This document shows positions 26,921 to 35,152 of a stretch of DNA of 55,691 nt, piece after piece; position 1 is the stretch's first letter, and every line of letters starts with the position of its first letter. The notes under the pieces are model-generated. The model saw nothing but the letters and a program-made list of their open reading frames with translations. It had not been told where the DNA came from and made no database searches. Source of the DNA: an uncultured virus (IMG/VR IMGVR_UViG_3300043436_004224) (lineage: Duplodnaviria > Heunggongvirae > Uroviricota > Caudoviricetes); the IMG/VR virus record IMGVR_UViG_3300043436_004224; one strand, 5' to 3'. A program made the translations under genes and the position numbers.

Positions 26921-27112
26921 ATGGCACAGATGATGACAAACTTTACTGCCGCAGATATGCCTGGCGCTAATGTCAAGAAGGCAGCTCCAGCTCCTAGAGC
27001 ACAGGCTCCTAGAGTTGAAGCCCCTAAGGTTGAAGTACCTGTAGTTGAAGCTGCACCTGTAGAAGTTGCAGAGCCAGAGCTAGTCGAAGAAGTATCTCCA
27101 GCAGCGGAGTAA
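26921..27112 (+). CDS. Small Ala/Pro/Glu-rich hypothetical protein
   Basis: 63 aa ORF filling the gap between neck genes. Confidence 0.6.
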   Translation: MAQMMTNFTAADMPGANVKKAAPAPRAQAPRVEAPKVEVPVVEAAPVEVAEPELVEEVSPAAE

Positions 27113-27115
27113 TTT

Positions 27116-27619
27116 ATGTATGAAATTGACGGATCCGGAGTTTTGGAGGATGCAACACACCTTCGAGACATGATGGACGGTATTCTAGAGCGCGTTGAGT
27201 CTGCATTTCAGTCTTACAACGTTGGACTGCCGAACCGTCGATACTGGTCTATCGGCCAGCCAGCAATAGATTGCGAACAAGTAGTAGTCTCGTTTATTCA
27301 GATGTATTTAGGTGCACCAGGTGACGAGGCAACTACTCCTCAAAGATGTCACGTACCTAGAAGTGCTGTAGTCGCTATATCTATAGCTAGAGCAGTACCG
27401 ATTGTGGGACAAAATGGTCGTCCGCCAAGCCAGGAAAGCATACAAAGAGCTTCCAGTGTATCTGCAATTGATGCTTGGGTACTTATGGATGCTGTAAAGC
27501 TTTTTGATATGTGGGACCAGAGCGGATATGGTTTGGGAGTTATTGCTACTGTAGAAATAACTCCTCCTGAAGGCGGATTCCAGTCAGTAACTATGAATTT
27601 GACTCTAGCGGTTCCATAA
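27116..27619 (+). CDS. Putative tail terminator/neck protein
   Basis: 167 aa; PEGG motif near C-terminus; synteny. Confidence 0.55.
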   Translation: MYEIDGSGVLEDATHLRDMMDGILERVESAFQSYNVGLPNRRYWSIGQPAIDCEQVVVSFIQMYLGAPGDEATTPQRCHVPRSAVVAISIARAVPIVGQNGRPPSQESIQRASSVSAIDAWVLMDAVKLFDMWDQSGYGLGVIATVEITPPEGGFQSVTMNLTLAVP

Positions 27620-27620
27620 A

Positions 27621-28145
27621 ATGCCAGCATACGGTTTAATACCAGACAGTCCGATTTTTTACTACGGTAAAAAATTTGGTAAAGTGGGCAGAAGTGGCGG
27701 CCGAGGCTTAGGTCCTAATCGTGGTGGCAGCACTAGATTTTCATTTACTACACAAAACTTAGTAATCTACGAACCACTGCTTCATGCACAACTAAACACT
27801 AGGGCCGGGGGCCTATGGAGAGCTTTAGAAGTAGCAGGAGAATTTGCGGTAGGAAAGGCTAAAGCCCAGGTGGGGGTAAAGACAGGAAAGCTTAGATCTT
27901 CAATCCACAAGAGACACATGGGCAATTTCACTGGTCAATATCTTTGGATCGGGTCTACGGTCAACTATGCCTACATGCACCACGAAGGCACTAGACCGCA
28001 TCTTATTGTTCCTAGAGTCGCAGGCAAAATGCTCAGATTCTCCAGTAAAGGCAGAATGGTCATGACTCCTGGACCTGTAATGCATCCTGGCACCAAGCCT
28101 AATCCATATCTATCTAACCAGCTTAGACACTTTAGACGCATCTAG
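27621..28145 (+). CDS. HK97 gp10-like neck/tail-completion protein
   Basis: VKTGKLRSSI, YA..HHEGTRPH and HPGTKPNPYL motifs. Confidence 0.7.
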   Translation: MPAYGLIPDSPIFYYGKKFGKVGRSGGRGLGPNRGGSTRFSFTTQNLVIYEPLLHAQLNTRAGGLWRALEVAGEFAVGKAKAQVGVKTGKLRSSIHKRHMGNFTGQYLWIGSTVNYAYMHHEGTRPHLIVPRVAGKMLRFSSKGRMVMTPGPVMHPGTKPNPYLSNQLRHFRRI

Positions 28146-28157
28146 CTCGGTCGGCAA

Positions 28158-28168
28158 TAGGGTAAAAT
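28158..28168 (+). promoter_or_regulatory. Putative late promoter motif TAGGGTAAAAT
   Basis: Recurring intergenic motif. Confidence 0.6.
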
Positions 28169-28227
28169 ACTAGTAGTAAGTTACTGCTTACAAATGACTA
28201 AAGAAAAAAAGAAAGAAGACATTTATA

Positions 28228-28578
28228 ATGGCAAAATTTAAAGATTTTGGTGTAGGAGCTGCTCCTGAAACTGCAGAAGTTATCTCCTTTAAGCTACACG
28301 AAGAGGAATTTTTCTGTGTTCCTCAGCTTCAGGGAAGAGTTATGTTGTCCCTTGTTAAAAACTCATCTAGCGAAGACCCTACAGTTGCTGCTGGAACAAT
28401 TGAAACCTTTTTTGATCAAGTCCTAACTGACGAGAGCTTAGAGCGTTTTAATGCACTAACCACACACAAAGACAAGATTGTTACCACGGAGACTTTGGGA
28501 CAGATTGTTGGATGGCTACTTGAGGAGTATTCTGGACGCCCGGAAGCGCAGCCAGAGGACTCATCAACTGGGCTATAG
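28228..28578 (+). CDS. Tail assembly chaperone (short form)
   Basis: 116 aa, two ORFs upstream of tape measure; ends in YSGRP motif region. Confidence 0.75.
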   Translation: MAKFKDFGVGAAPETAEVISFKLHEEEFFCVPQLQGRVMLSLVKNSSSEDPTVAAGTIETFFDQVLTDESLERFNALTTHKDKIVTTETLGQIVGWLLEEYSGRPEAQPEDSSTGL

Positions 28579-28943
28579 ACCTCTGGCCGTACGTCAATGG
28601 TAAGTCCCTGTTTAGTGGAATTAGGTTAGAAGAAATGGAATCATCTGAAATGGTAGATGTGCTCCACTATCTTTTTGAAGATGACATGAGGTTCACTACA
28701 GGCGACGAAGCAAAAGCTCAAGGATCACTTAGAAAAGAGTTGTACAGGCTATACGGAAAAGAGTACCAGTATGGCTCTTCTGGCTCGGGTGAAACTTATG
28801 GAGGTAGAGCCTACATCTCTGACAGCGCAGATGAGTTTAACAGCTCTCCATCGGGCGCTAGAAAACCGTACGTTGCTCCAACAAATTTCAACCCAGAAGC
28901 AGCTAACCCATTTGGGTCAGTTCTAGACGCACCACTCGGATAA
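28524..28943 (+). CDS. Tail assembly chaperone, -1 frame extension
   Basis: -1 frame is open from 28524, overlapping the end of the short form; likely slip at CGC CCG G (28537-28543). Confidence 0.6.
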   Translation, partial: GVFWTPGSAARGLINWAIDLWPYVNGKSLFSGIRLEEMESSEMVDVLHYLFEDDMRFTTGDEAKAQGSLRKELYRLYGKEYQYGSSGSGETYGGRAYISDSADEFNSSPSGARKPYVAPTNFNPEAANPFGSVLDAPLG

Positions 28944-28960
28944 GGTAAAGAGGTGACACA

Positions 28961-31771
28961 GTGGCAGTAGTCGGCGAAGCGCATATACTCGTTAAAGCCA
29001 TAACCACTGGCGTCCAGGGTGATATTCAAAGAGCGTTTAGGGGTTTATCGGGCGAAAGCGGCTCTGCTAGAAAAAGCGGAGAAAGCTTAGGAGCCGCTTT
29101 TTCTCGAGGATTTAACAATAACTCAAACACTAATGTATTTTCTAAACTTGCCAATGCCATAGGAACTATGGCTCCAAACGCTGATGCGGCAGCTGCAAGT
29201 TTTGCTAAGCTTTCCAGAACTGGTATTACTGCCGGAACTTCCGTTTCAGTTCTTATCGGCTCTATTGGAGCATTAATTGGCAGCTTAGGATCTTTGGGCA
29301 GTGCTGCAATAATTGGTGCTGGATCGCTATTTTCACTAGTCGGGGCATTTGTAAGCCTCAGGATAGGTGCGTCAGCAGCCAGCTTTGCTCTAGGCGGTAT
29401 TGGCGCGGCATTTGGCCGAGCCACTAGCGCGCAAGGCGGACTAGGAAAATCCCTAGCCGAAATAAATAAACAGTTTAGAGAGCTACAGCGAAACGCTGAA
29501 TCCGCTGCTATGAGCGAGAAGCGCGCTGGTCTTGAACTAGAAAAGGCGCGCAATAATTTACTAAGAGTGCAGGACTTGCCGCCTAATAACATGGCGCGCC
29601 GCGAGGCAAAGCAAGCTTATGACGAAGCAGAGCTAAATTACCGTCAAGCCAAAGATCGTAGCAAAGACTTAAACGAAGAGCTACTAAAAGGTAAAGAAGG
29701 CATTGCTGCTGCTGGAGCAGTAGATCCGTACGCTGGCCTGACAAAGAGTCAGAGAGAGTTTGCAAAGTATTTAGTAACCTTAAAGCCAAAACTTGATGAG
29801 CTAAAAGAAGCAGTTGCTAAAGGATTCTTACCCTTACTGAGGACCCAGCTTGAAAGAATAATGAATGGGCCGCTATTTCCTGTAATTAAAACAGGATTAG
29901 AAGGCATAGGAACCTCCTTAGGAATTGCTGCACAGAACTTTACTGACTTTTTAGTTAGCGCTGATAGCGTACGAAAAATAGAAATACTTTTTGCAAACGC
30001 TAAGCCAGTAATTGAAAAATTTGGAACTATTTTAGGAAAAGTTTTTGATGGCTTCCTAGGTATGCTCGAGTATGCTCAGCCTCTAGTTATAAACTTTATG
30101 GACTATCTGGATGGGGTAGCAGGCGATTTCCAAAAGTTCTTTAACCCAGACACTGAAGCAGGTAAGAAAGGCTTAACTGACTTTTTTGCAGAGATAGAGC
30201 GCGTAGCTACTCAGTTTGAAGCAATATTTGGAAACATTTTCACTGGAATAGGTGAAATAATTAAAGCCAACACCGGCCCAGGTAGCGGTGCAGATATCCT
30301 TATGGAGGGTCTAAAGAGTGCTACAGCTGGCTTCGCGGCTCTTGATGGTTCAGCTACAGGCAAGGGAAGCTTACGTCAATACTTCATAGATGTAGCAAAT
30401 AACGTTAAGCCCCTAATGGGCCTACTTGGAGATATGGCTGTTGGCCTACTGCAGATGGGTGCAAATCCAGCATTAGGTGAGACCTTCACAAAGCTACGCG
30501 AAGCTGGCCCTGAGCTTTCCGAGATGATGGGCAAACTGATAGAGGCTGGGCCAAACCTAGCTGATCTATTTACAAACGTATTAAAAATAGTAAATGCATT
30601 TACTGACTCTGAAGCATCTAAAATATTCTTTGACACTATAAACATAGCTGCAAAGACTTTAGCTGATGTTCTACAAAATGAAGCAGTAAAAGGTTTCTTA
30701 GATGTTATAGGAAGAATCTTTGCTTTTACATTGGCACTGGGATTCTTAAAAAATACTTTTTCTTTCTTTGGCAATGTTGTTCTAGGTAACTTAAAGAACA
30801 TATCCGGAGGAATAGGAGCTGCGTTTGCTTTCTTTAAGCCTGGTGGCGGGTTTGATGGTGTCCGTCTAACTATCATGTATTTCTTTGATGGAGTTAAAGT
30901 AGTTTTTGGCAAGGTAATGACCTTCTTTATTGGTCTTGGACCAAAACTACTGAGCTTTGGTACCAGCATTATGGGATTCTTTGCAAAAATCGGTGGTGCC
31001 ATAATGGGTGTTGCAAGCAAGATTGCACTGGGAATTAGAACCCTGTTTATGGCTAACCCAATAGGATTTATTATCGGCATAATTGCTGCAATTACAGCGG
31101 CGTTAATCTGGTTCTTCACTCAGACCGAAGTCGGCAAGAAAATGTGGCAAGACTTCACTAAAGTCGTAGGAGACCTGTTAACTGGAATTGGTGACTGGTT
31201 TAAAAAACTAGGTGATGATATTGCTATTGTGTGGAATGTTGTTGTTAAAGGCCTTTCAGATGGCTGGAACGGATTTGTTAAAGGTTTTAAGACATTACTA
31301 GACGGCGTGGGTGCAGCCTTTGAAAAAGTTTGGGAGGGCGCTAAAACTATATTTAAAAACGTAGTAAACTTCTTGATTGGCCTATTTGAAGGATTTGTGA
31401 ATGGCGCTATTAACGGTATCAATGCACTAATTAGAGGCCTTAACTTTATTGGAAAATATGGCCCAATAAAATTCGAAATAGGTACTATACCTCTCTTAAA
31501 AATACCTCGACTAGCTCAGGGTGGAGTAGTTATGCCTAGCACTGGAGGGTCCTTAGTAAATGTTGCTGAAGCTGGACGGGCCGAAAGAATCGAGCCATTA
31601 GATGAAAACGGCCTATCTAAGAGAGACAAGGCTTTAATTTCCGCGCTGTCTGGTGGATCTGGAGGCGGTCCTACAATAAACGTCTACCCATCCGCAGGTA
31701 TGGACGAGAGAGAGCTTGCCAGCATGGTCTCTAGAAGAATAGCTTTTGAAATTCGTAAAGGTGCGTTTTAA
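28961..31771 (+). CDS. Tape measure protein
   Basis: 936 aa, Ala/Gly-rich helical, periodic W/F, ANPIG and IPRLAQGG...AEAGRAE motifs. Confidence 0.9.
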   Translation: MAVVGEAHILVKAITTGVQGDIQRAFRGLSGESGSARKSGESLGAAFSRGFNNNSNTNVFSKLANAIGTMAPNADAAAASFAKLSRTGITAGTSVSVLIGSIGALIGSLGSLGSAAIIGAGSLFSLVGAFVSLRIGASAASFALGGIGAAFGRATSAQGGLGKSLAEINKQFRELQRNAESAAMSEKRAGLELEKARNNLLRVQDLPPNNMARREAKQAYDEAELNYRQAKDRSKDLNEELLKGKEGIAAAGAVDPYAGLTKSQREFAKYLVTLKPKLDELKEAVAKGFLPLLRTQLERIMNGPLFPVIKTGLEGIGTSLGIAAQNFTDFLVSADSVRKIEILFANAKPVIEKFGTILGKVFDGFLGMLEYAQPLVINFMDYLDGVAGDFQKFFNPDTEAGKKGLTDFFAEIERVATQFEAIFGNIFTGIGEIIKANTGPGSGADILMEGLKSATAGFAALDGSATGKGSLRQYFIDVANNVKPLMGLLGDMAVGLLQMGANPALGETFTKLREAGPELSEMMGKLIEAGPNLADLFTNVLKIVNAFTDSEASKIFFDTINIAAKTLADVLQNEAVKGFLDVIGRIFAFTLALGFLKNTFSFFGNVVLGNLKNISGGIGAAFAFFKPGGGFDGVRLTIMYFFDGVKVVFGKVMTFFIGLGPKLLSFGTSIMGFFAKIGGAIMGVASKIALGIRTLFMANPIGFIIGIIAAITAALIWFFTQTEVGKKMWQDFTKVVGDLLTGIGDWFKKLGDDIAIVWNVVVKGLSDGWNGFVKGFKTLLDGVGAAFEKVWEGAKTIFKNVVNFLIGLFEGFVNGAINGINALIRGLNFIGKYGPIKFEIGTIPLLKIPRLAQGGVVMPSTGGSLVNVAEAGRAERIEPLDENGLSKRDKALISALSGGSGGGPTINVYPSAGMDERELASMVSRRIAFEIRKGAF

Positions 31772-33039
31772 TGTCAATCCCATACCCTACCAGTCCGATT
31801 TTACATCAAGCATACACATATGAAGGAGAAGATACCTACGTATGGAGCGGTACCGTTTGGGAGCTTGTATTAACCTTTCCAGCTACCCCAAGCCCTCGGG
31901 AAGCGTATAAGTACGATGAAAATCAAAAAATATACGTATGGACTTCTGGCGCAGAATCTACAGACTGGGAACCGACCTGGGAGTTAGTGTCGACCTTCCC
32001 TGCTGCTCCGGAGCTAGATGAGGTCTACACATACGAAGGATATTCTTATGTTTGGGGTGGGACATCCTGGGCTCTCCAAGGTTACTATGAGCCAGTCACA
32101 GAAATCTCTAGTAGATCTCAGGATGATGAAAATAGACTAGTAAATAAGGCGCTAACTAAGTATCCTGTTCCACACTTGTCTGGACTAAAACTAAAAGCTG
32201 ATATAAGACTTGAAAATCTAGTTTTAAATACAATAGATGAAGACGGTGTAGTTTGGATTTGTACAGACATTGACGGATGGTGGGGCTTTCCGGAGCCGCA
32301 GCTGCCAGATCTTGTCCGTGGTTGGGGCGACGGATCTTACGATGCTAAGGGACGTTGGAATTCAAGAATAATAACACTTAACGGAACTTTTTTAACTCAG
32401 GACCCGAGTCAGGTTCCTGCCGCTAGAGCAAAACTTATAGAAGCAGCTAACTTGGTATACAAAGGCGGATTGCTAGTAGTTAATGAAGATCCAGCTAAGA
32501 GTGCTTTTGTAAGACTTAGCGGATCCCCAAATATTAAAACAGTAACTGCTAGAGGTAGGACCGAGTTTTCCATAGGTCTTAGAGCCGCGGACCCAATAAA
32601 ATATGAATATGTTGAAGTCAGCATAAACGGCGACGGCTACAACACGCAGGTGCTTACTCCATCATCTGGAACTGCTAGTGCTACTCTTACTAACCTTGGA
32701 AACATAGAGGTTCCAATTCTTATCGAGCTGTCCCAAGGATTCACGGTCTCAAACCCATCTCTCCCACCTAAGATAAGAAACAATAAAACTGATCAGGAAA
32801 TGTCAATTATTGGTAGTACAGTCTCCACTAATAGGCTGGAAATTGACACCTACAACAGAGAAGTATTAGATGTTAGATACGACTCCGGTGAGGTAGTAGA
32901 AGTAGCAAGTGGTAGGTCTAAAGTTTCTACCCTTAGTGACTGGATATACCTAGAACCTGGAGAAAACACAATAATCATTTCTAGATTCCCGACGGGCAGT
33001 TCCTGTACAATCTACTACCGTTCAGGCTGGATAGGTTAG
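31771..33039 (+). CDS. Distal tail-like minor tail protein with N-terminal repeats
   Basis: Follows tape measure; LRAADP.KY and LEPGEN motifs; three (F/Y)P..P...Y.Y....YVW...W.L repeats. Confidence 0.75.
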   Translation: MSIPYPTSPILHQAYTYEGEDTYVWSGTVWELVLTFPATPSPREAYKYDENQKIYVWTSGAESTDWEPTWELVSTFPAAPELDEVYTYEGYSYVWGGTSWALQGYYEPVTEISSRSQDDENRLVNKALTKYPVPHLSGLKLKADIRLENLVLNTIDEDGVVWICTDIDGWWGFPEPQLPDLVRGWGDGSYDAKGRWNSRIITLNGTFLTQDPSQVPAARAKLIEAANLVYKGGLLVVNEDPAKSAFVRLSGSPNIKTVTARGRTEFSIGLRAADPIKYEYVEVSINGDGYNTQVLTPSSGTASATLTNLGNIEVPILIELSQGFTVSNPSLPPKIRNNKTDQEMSIIGSTVSTNRLEIDTYNREVLDVRYDSGEVVEVASGRSKVSTLSDWIYLEPGENTIIISRFPTGSSCTIYYRSGWIG

Positions 33040-33064
33040 TACTAAACTAACGAAAGACGCATAA

Positions 33065-35152
33065 ATGACAACAGTATTTCAAGACAGAGAATTAGCAGTT
33101 GACTACAGGTATTTTGTAGTTGATCTAATGAGCAATGAGCTGCTTGCGGAGATACCATTTACTGATGTATCTTATAGCCGATCGCTGAGAGAAGCGGGAA
33201 CATTTAGCGGGTCAATTGCAGTAACAGAGGCAACTGCAAACTTAAGCTTATACGAAAACACCCTACCGGGTAAAACCGCGCTATATGTAGTAAGAAATAA
33301 TATCTGTGTTTGGGGCGGAATAATTTGGACTAGATCTTATGACATAGTGGGAAAAAGTTTAAGTGTTGATGCCTCCGAATTTAGTAGCTATTTCTATAAA
33401 AGAGTTATGTGGAAGACTTGGGTAAATGCTTACCAAGCTAGCATTGTAGTTTCAGGCTCTATAGTGAACGTTACTTTAGATTTTGCTGAGGCTAGTAGCA
33501 TTGCTGTTGGTCGCCCTGTGTATATTGACTGGAGCGAGGATCACTCTGCTTATAGCGGGTACTACACTCCACTCTCTTCCCCAGCGCCCGGTCTAACTGA
33601 AGACGGTAGAACAACTTTTAGCGTGGCAAATGGCTATGTAGCGGCAAATGGTGACGCAAAAACTATACCTAACATGAGCCTAAAAGGCATAATAACAGTA
33701 GAAGTAAATCAAGACACATATGACTATGCTAGACAGCTATTTATTGAGCTTGAGACAGATCTTTTTGATTTTGACTTTCCTAATGATGCTATTAGACCAG
33801 GAATAGATGTTTTTAATACTATAGACACATATTCTCGGTCAGGAAATGTTGCTTTTATAACACTAAATCAACCGCATCAGCTAATTCCTGGCCAAAGAAT
33901 ATCGGTTACGGATGCTGACAATGGTTTTGATGACCTAGAAGCCACCGTGTTGACTGCCCCGACCCCGTTAACACTGTCTTATACAAATACTGGACCAAAC
34001 GTATCGACGACCAGTGCTGTAGACACTGGTGGCCTTATAGATTTCTGGCAAAGAAATCAGGGTATAGTTACGGTAACTACTTTTAACCCGCACGGCTTTA
34101 AAAAAGACGATATTGTATACATAGATAACCTAAACGCTTCTGTAAACGGCTATCATAGGGTACTTGTAGGTGATGTAGAAGATTCAGGCACATATTTTCA
34201 GATAGCTAGTGCTGGAAGTGATCTTGGTATTAGTTTTGCCGGTAACAGCGGGGCTACAGCTATCGTGTCGCCCGCAGTTAACTACTCTACATGGGGCGAG
34301 TTCACTCGAAATGGTGATCTTGACATGGGGTACTCTAGCGAGTTGCCTAGCCAAAAACTACAAAAAGCTGATCCCGTTAGAGGTTTTGAATTAAAATCGG
34401 TAGGAGAAATTTTAGAAGAGTACTCTAATGTTGCTAATGGTTTTGAGTACAGAATTGATTGTTTCTATGACTCCACTACCAACTCTTTTAAAAGAACTTT
34501 TGTGTTTTTACCGCTATTTCCAAACAGCCTAAAAGAGTACATAGATTCTTTGCCTGGAGGGGTCCTACCACCGGGAGAGTTTGCTCCAGTTTCTGCCTAT
34601 GAAGCAGATAAGTATGTTTTTGAGTATCCAGGAAATATACTAAACGCAACCCTAGAAGAGAATGCTCAAGAAGCGGCAACCAGATTTTGGGTTCAGGGGA
34701 GCGACTCCACGCTAAGTTCCGATGCAAGTCAGCCATACTCTGGTGCTGCCGATGTAGACCTGTTAAGTAGGGGTTGGCCCCTACTTGAAGAAGTAGAAAA
34801 AGTCGACAACGTAGCAGAAGAAAGCACTTTGCATGAGCGCGCTAAACGGTTTTTAGCCGAGTCTAAGCCCCCTATTAGCAACTTCACCATATCGGTAAAC
34901 GGGTCCTTGACTCCTATTGTTGCAAGCTATAAACCAGGTGATTGGTGTTCGGTTATAATTAATGATGACTTTGTGAAATTGCGCCTAACAAGTTACATAG
35001 AGTTAAATGACGGAACTGGACGAGAAGTACTTTTGAGAAAAATTGACGCATATAGTGTAACTGTGCCAGACAATCCTGCATTTCCGGAAAAAGTAGACCT
35101 TCAACTAGTTACAGAAGCAGAGGTGGACAAAATTGGCAATCCGACGTCGTAG
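33065..35152 (+). CDS. Minor tail/baseplate hub protein with inserted beta domains
   Basis: WGGIIW.R, FEYPGNI and GWPLLE motifs of actinophage minor tail proteins. Confidence 0.7.
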   Translation: MTTVFQDRELAVDYRYFVVDLMSNELLAEIPFTDVSYSRSLREAGTFSGSIAVTEATANLSLYENTLPGKTALYVVRNNICVWGGIIWTRSYDIVGKSLSVDASEFSSYFYKRVMWKTWVNAYQASIVVSGSIVNVTLDFAEASSIAVGRPVYIDWSEDHSAYSGYYTPLSSPAPGLTEDGRTTFSVANGYVAANGDAKTIPNMSLKGIITVEVNQDTYDYARQLFIELETDLFDFDFPNDAIRPGIDVFNTIDTYSRSGNVAFITLNQPHQLIPGQRISVTDADNGFDDLEATVLTAPTPLTLSYTNTGPNVSTTSAVDTGGLIDFWQRNQGIVTVTTFNPHGFKKDDIVYIDNLNASVNGYHRVLVGDVEDSGTYFQIASAGSDLGISFAGNSGATAIVSPAVNYSTWGEFTRNGDLDMGYSSELPSQKLQKADPVRGFELKSVGEILEEYSNVANGFEYRIDCFYDSTTNSFKRTFVFLPLFPNSLKEYIDSLPGGVLPPGEFAPVSAYEADKYVFEYPGNILNATLEENAQEAATRFWVQGSDSTLSSDASQPYSGAADVDLLSRGWPLLEEVEKVDNVAEESTLHERAKRFLAESKPPISNFTISVNGSLTPIVASYKPGDWCSVIINDDFVKLRLTSYIELNDGTGREVLLRKIDAYSVTVPDNPAFPEKVDLQLVTEAEVDKIGNPTS

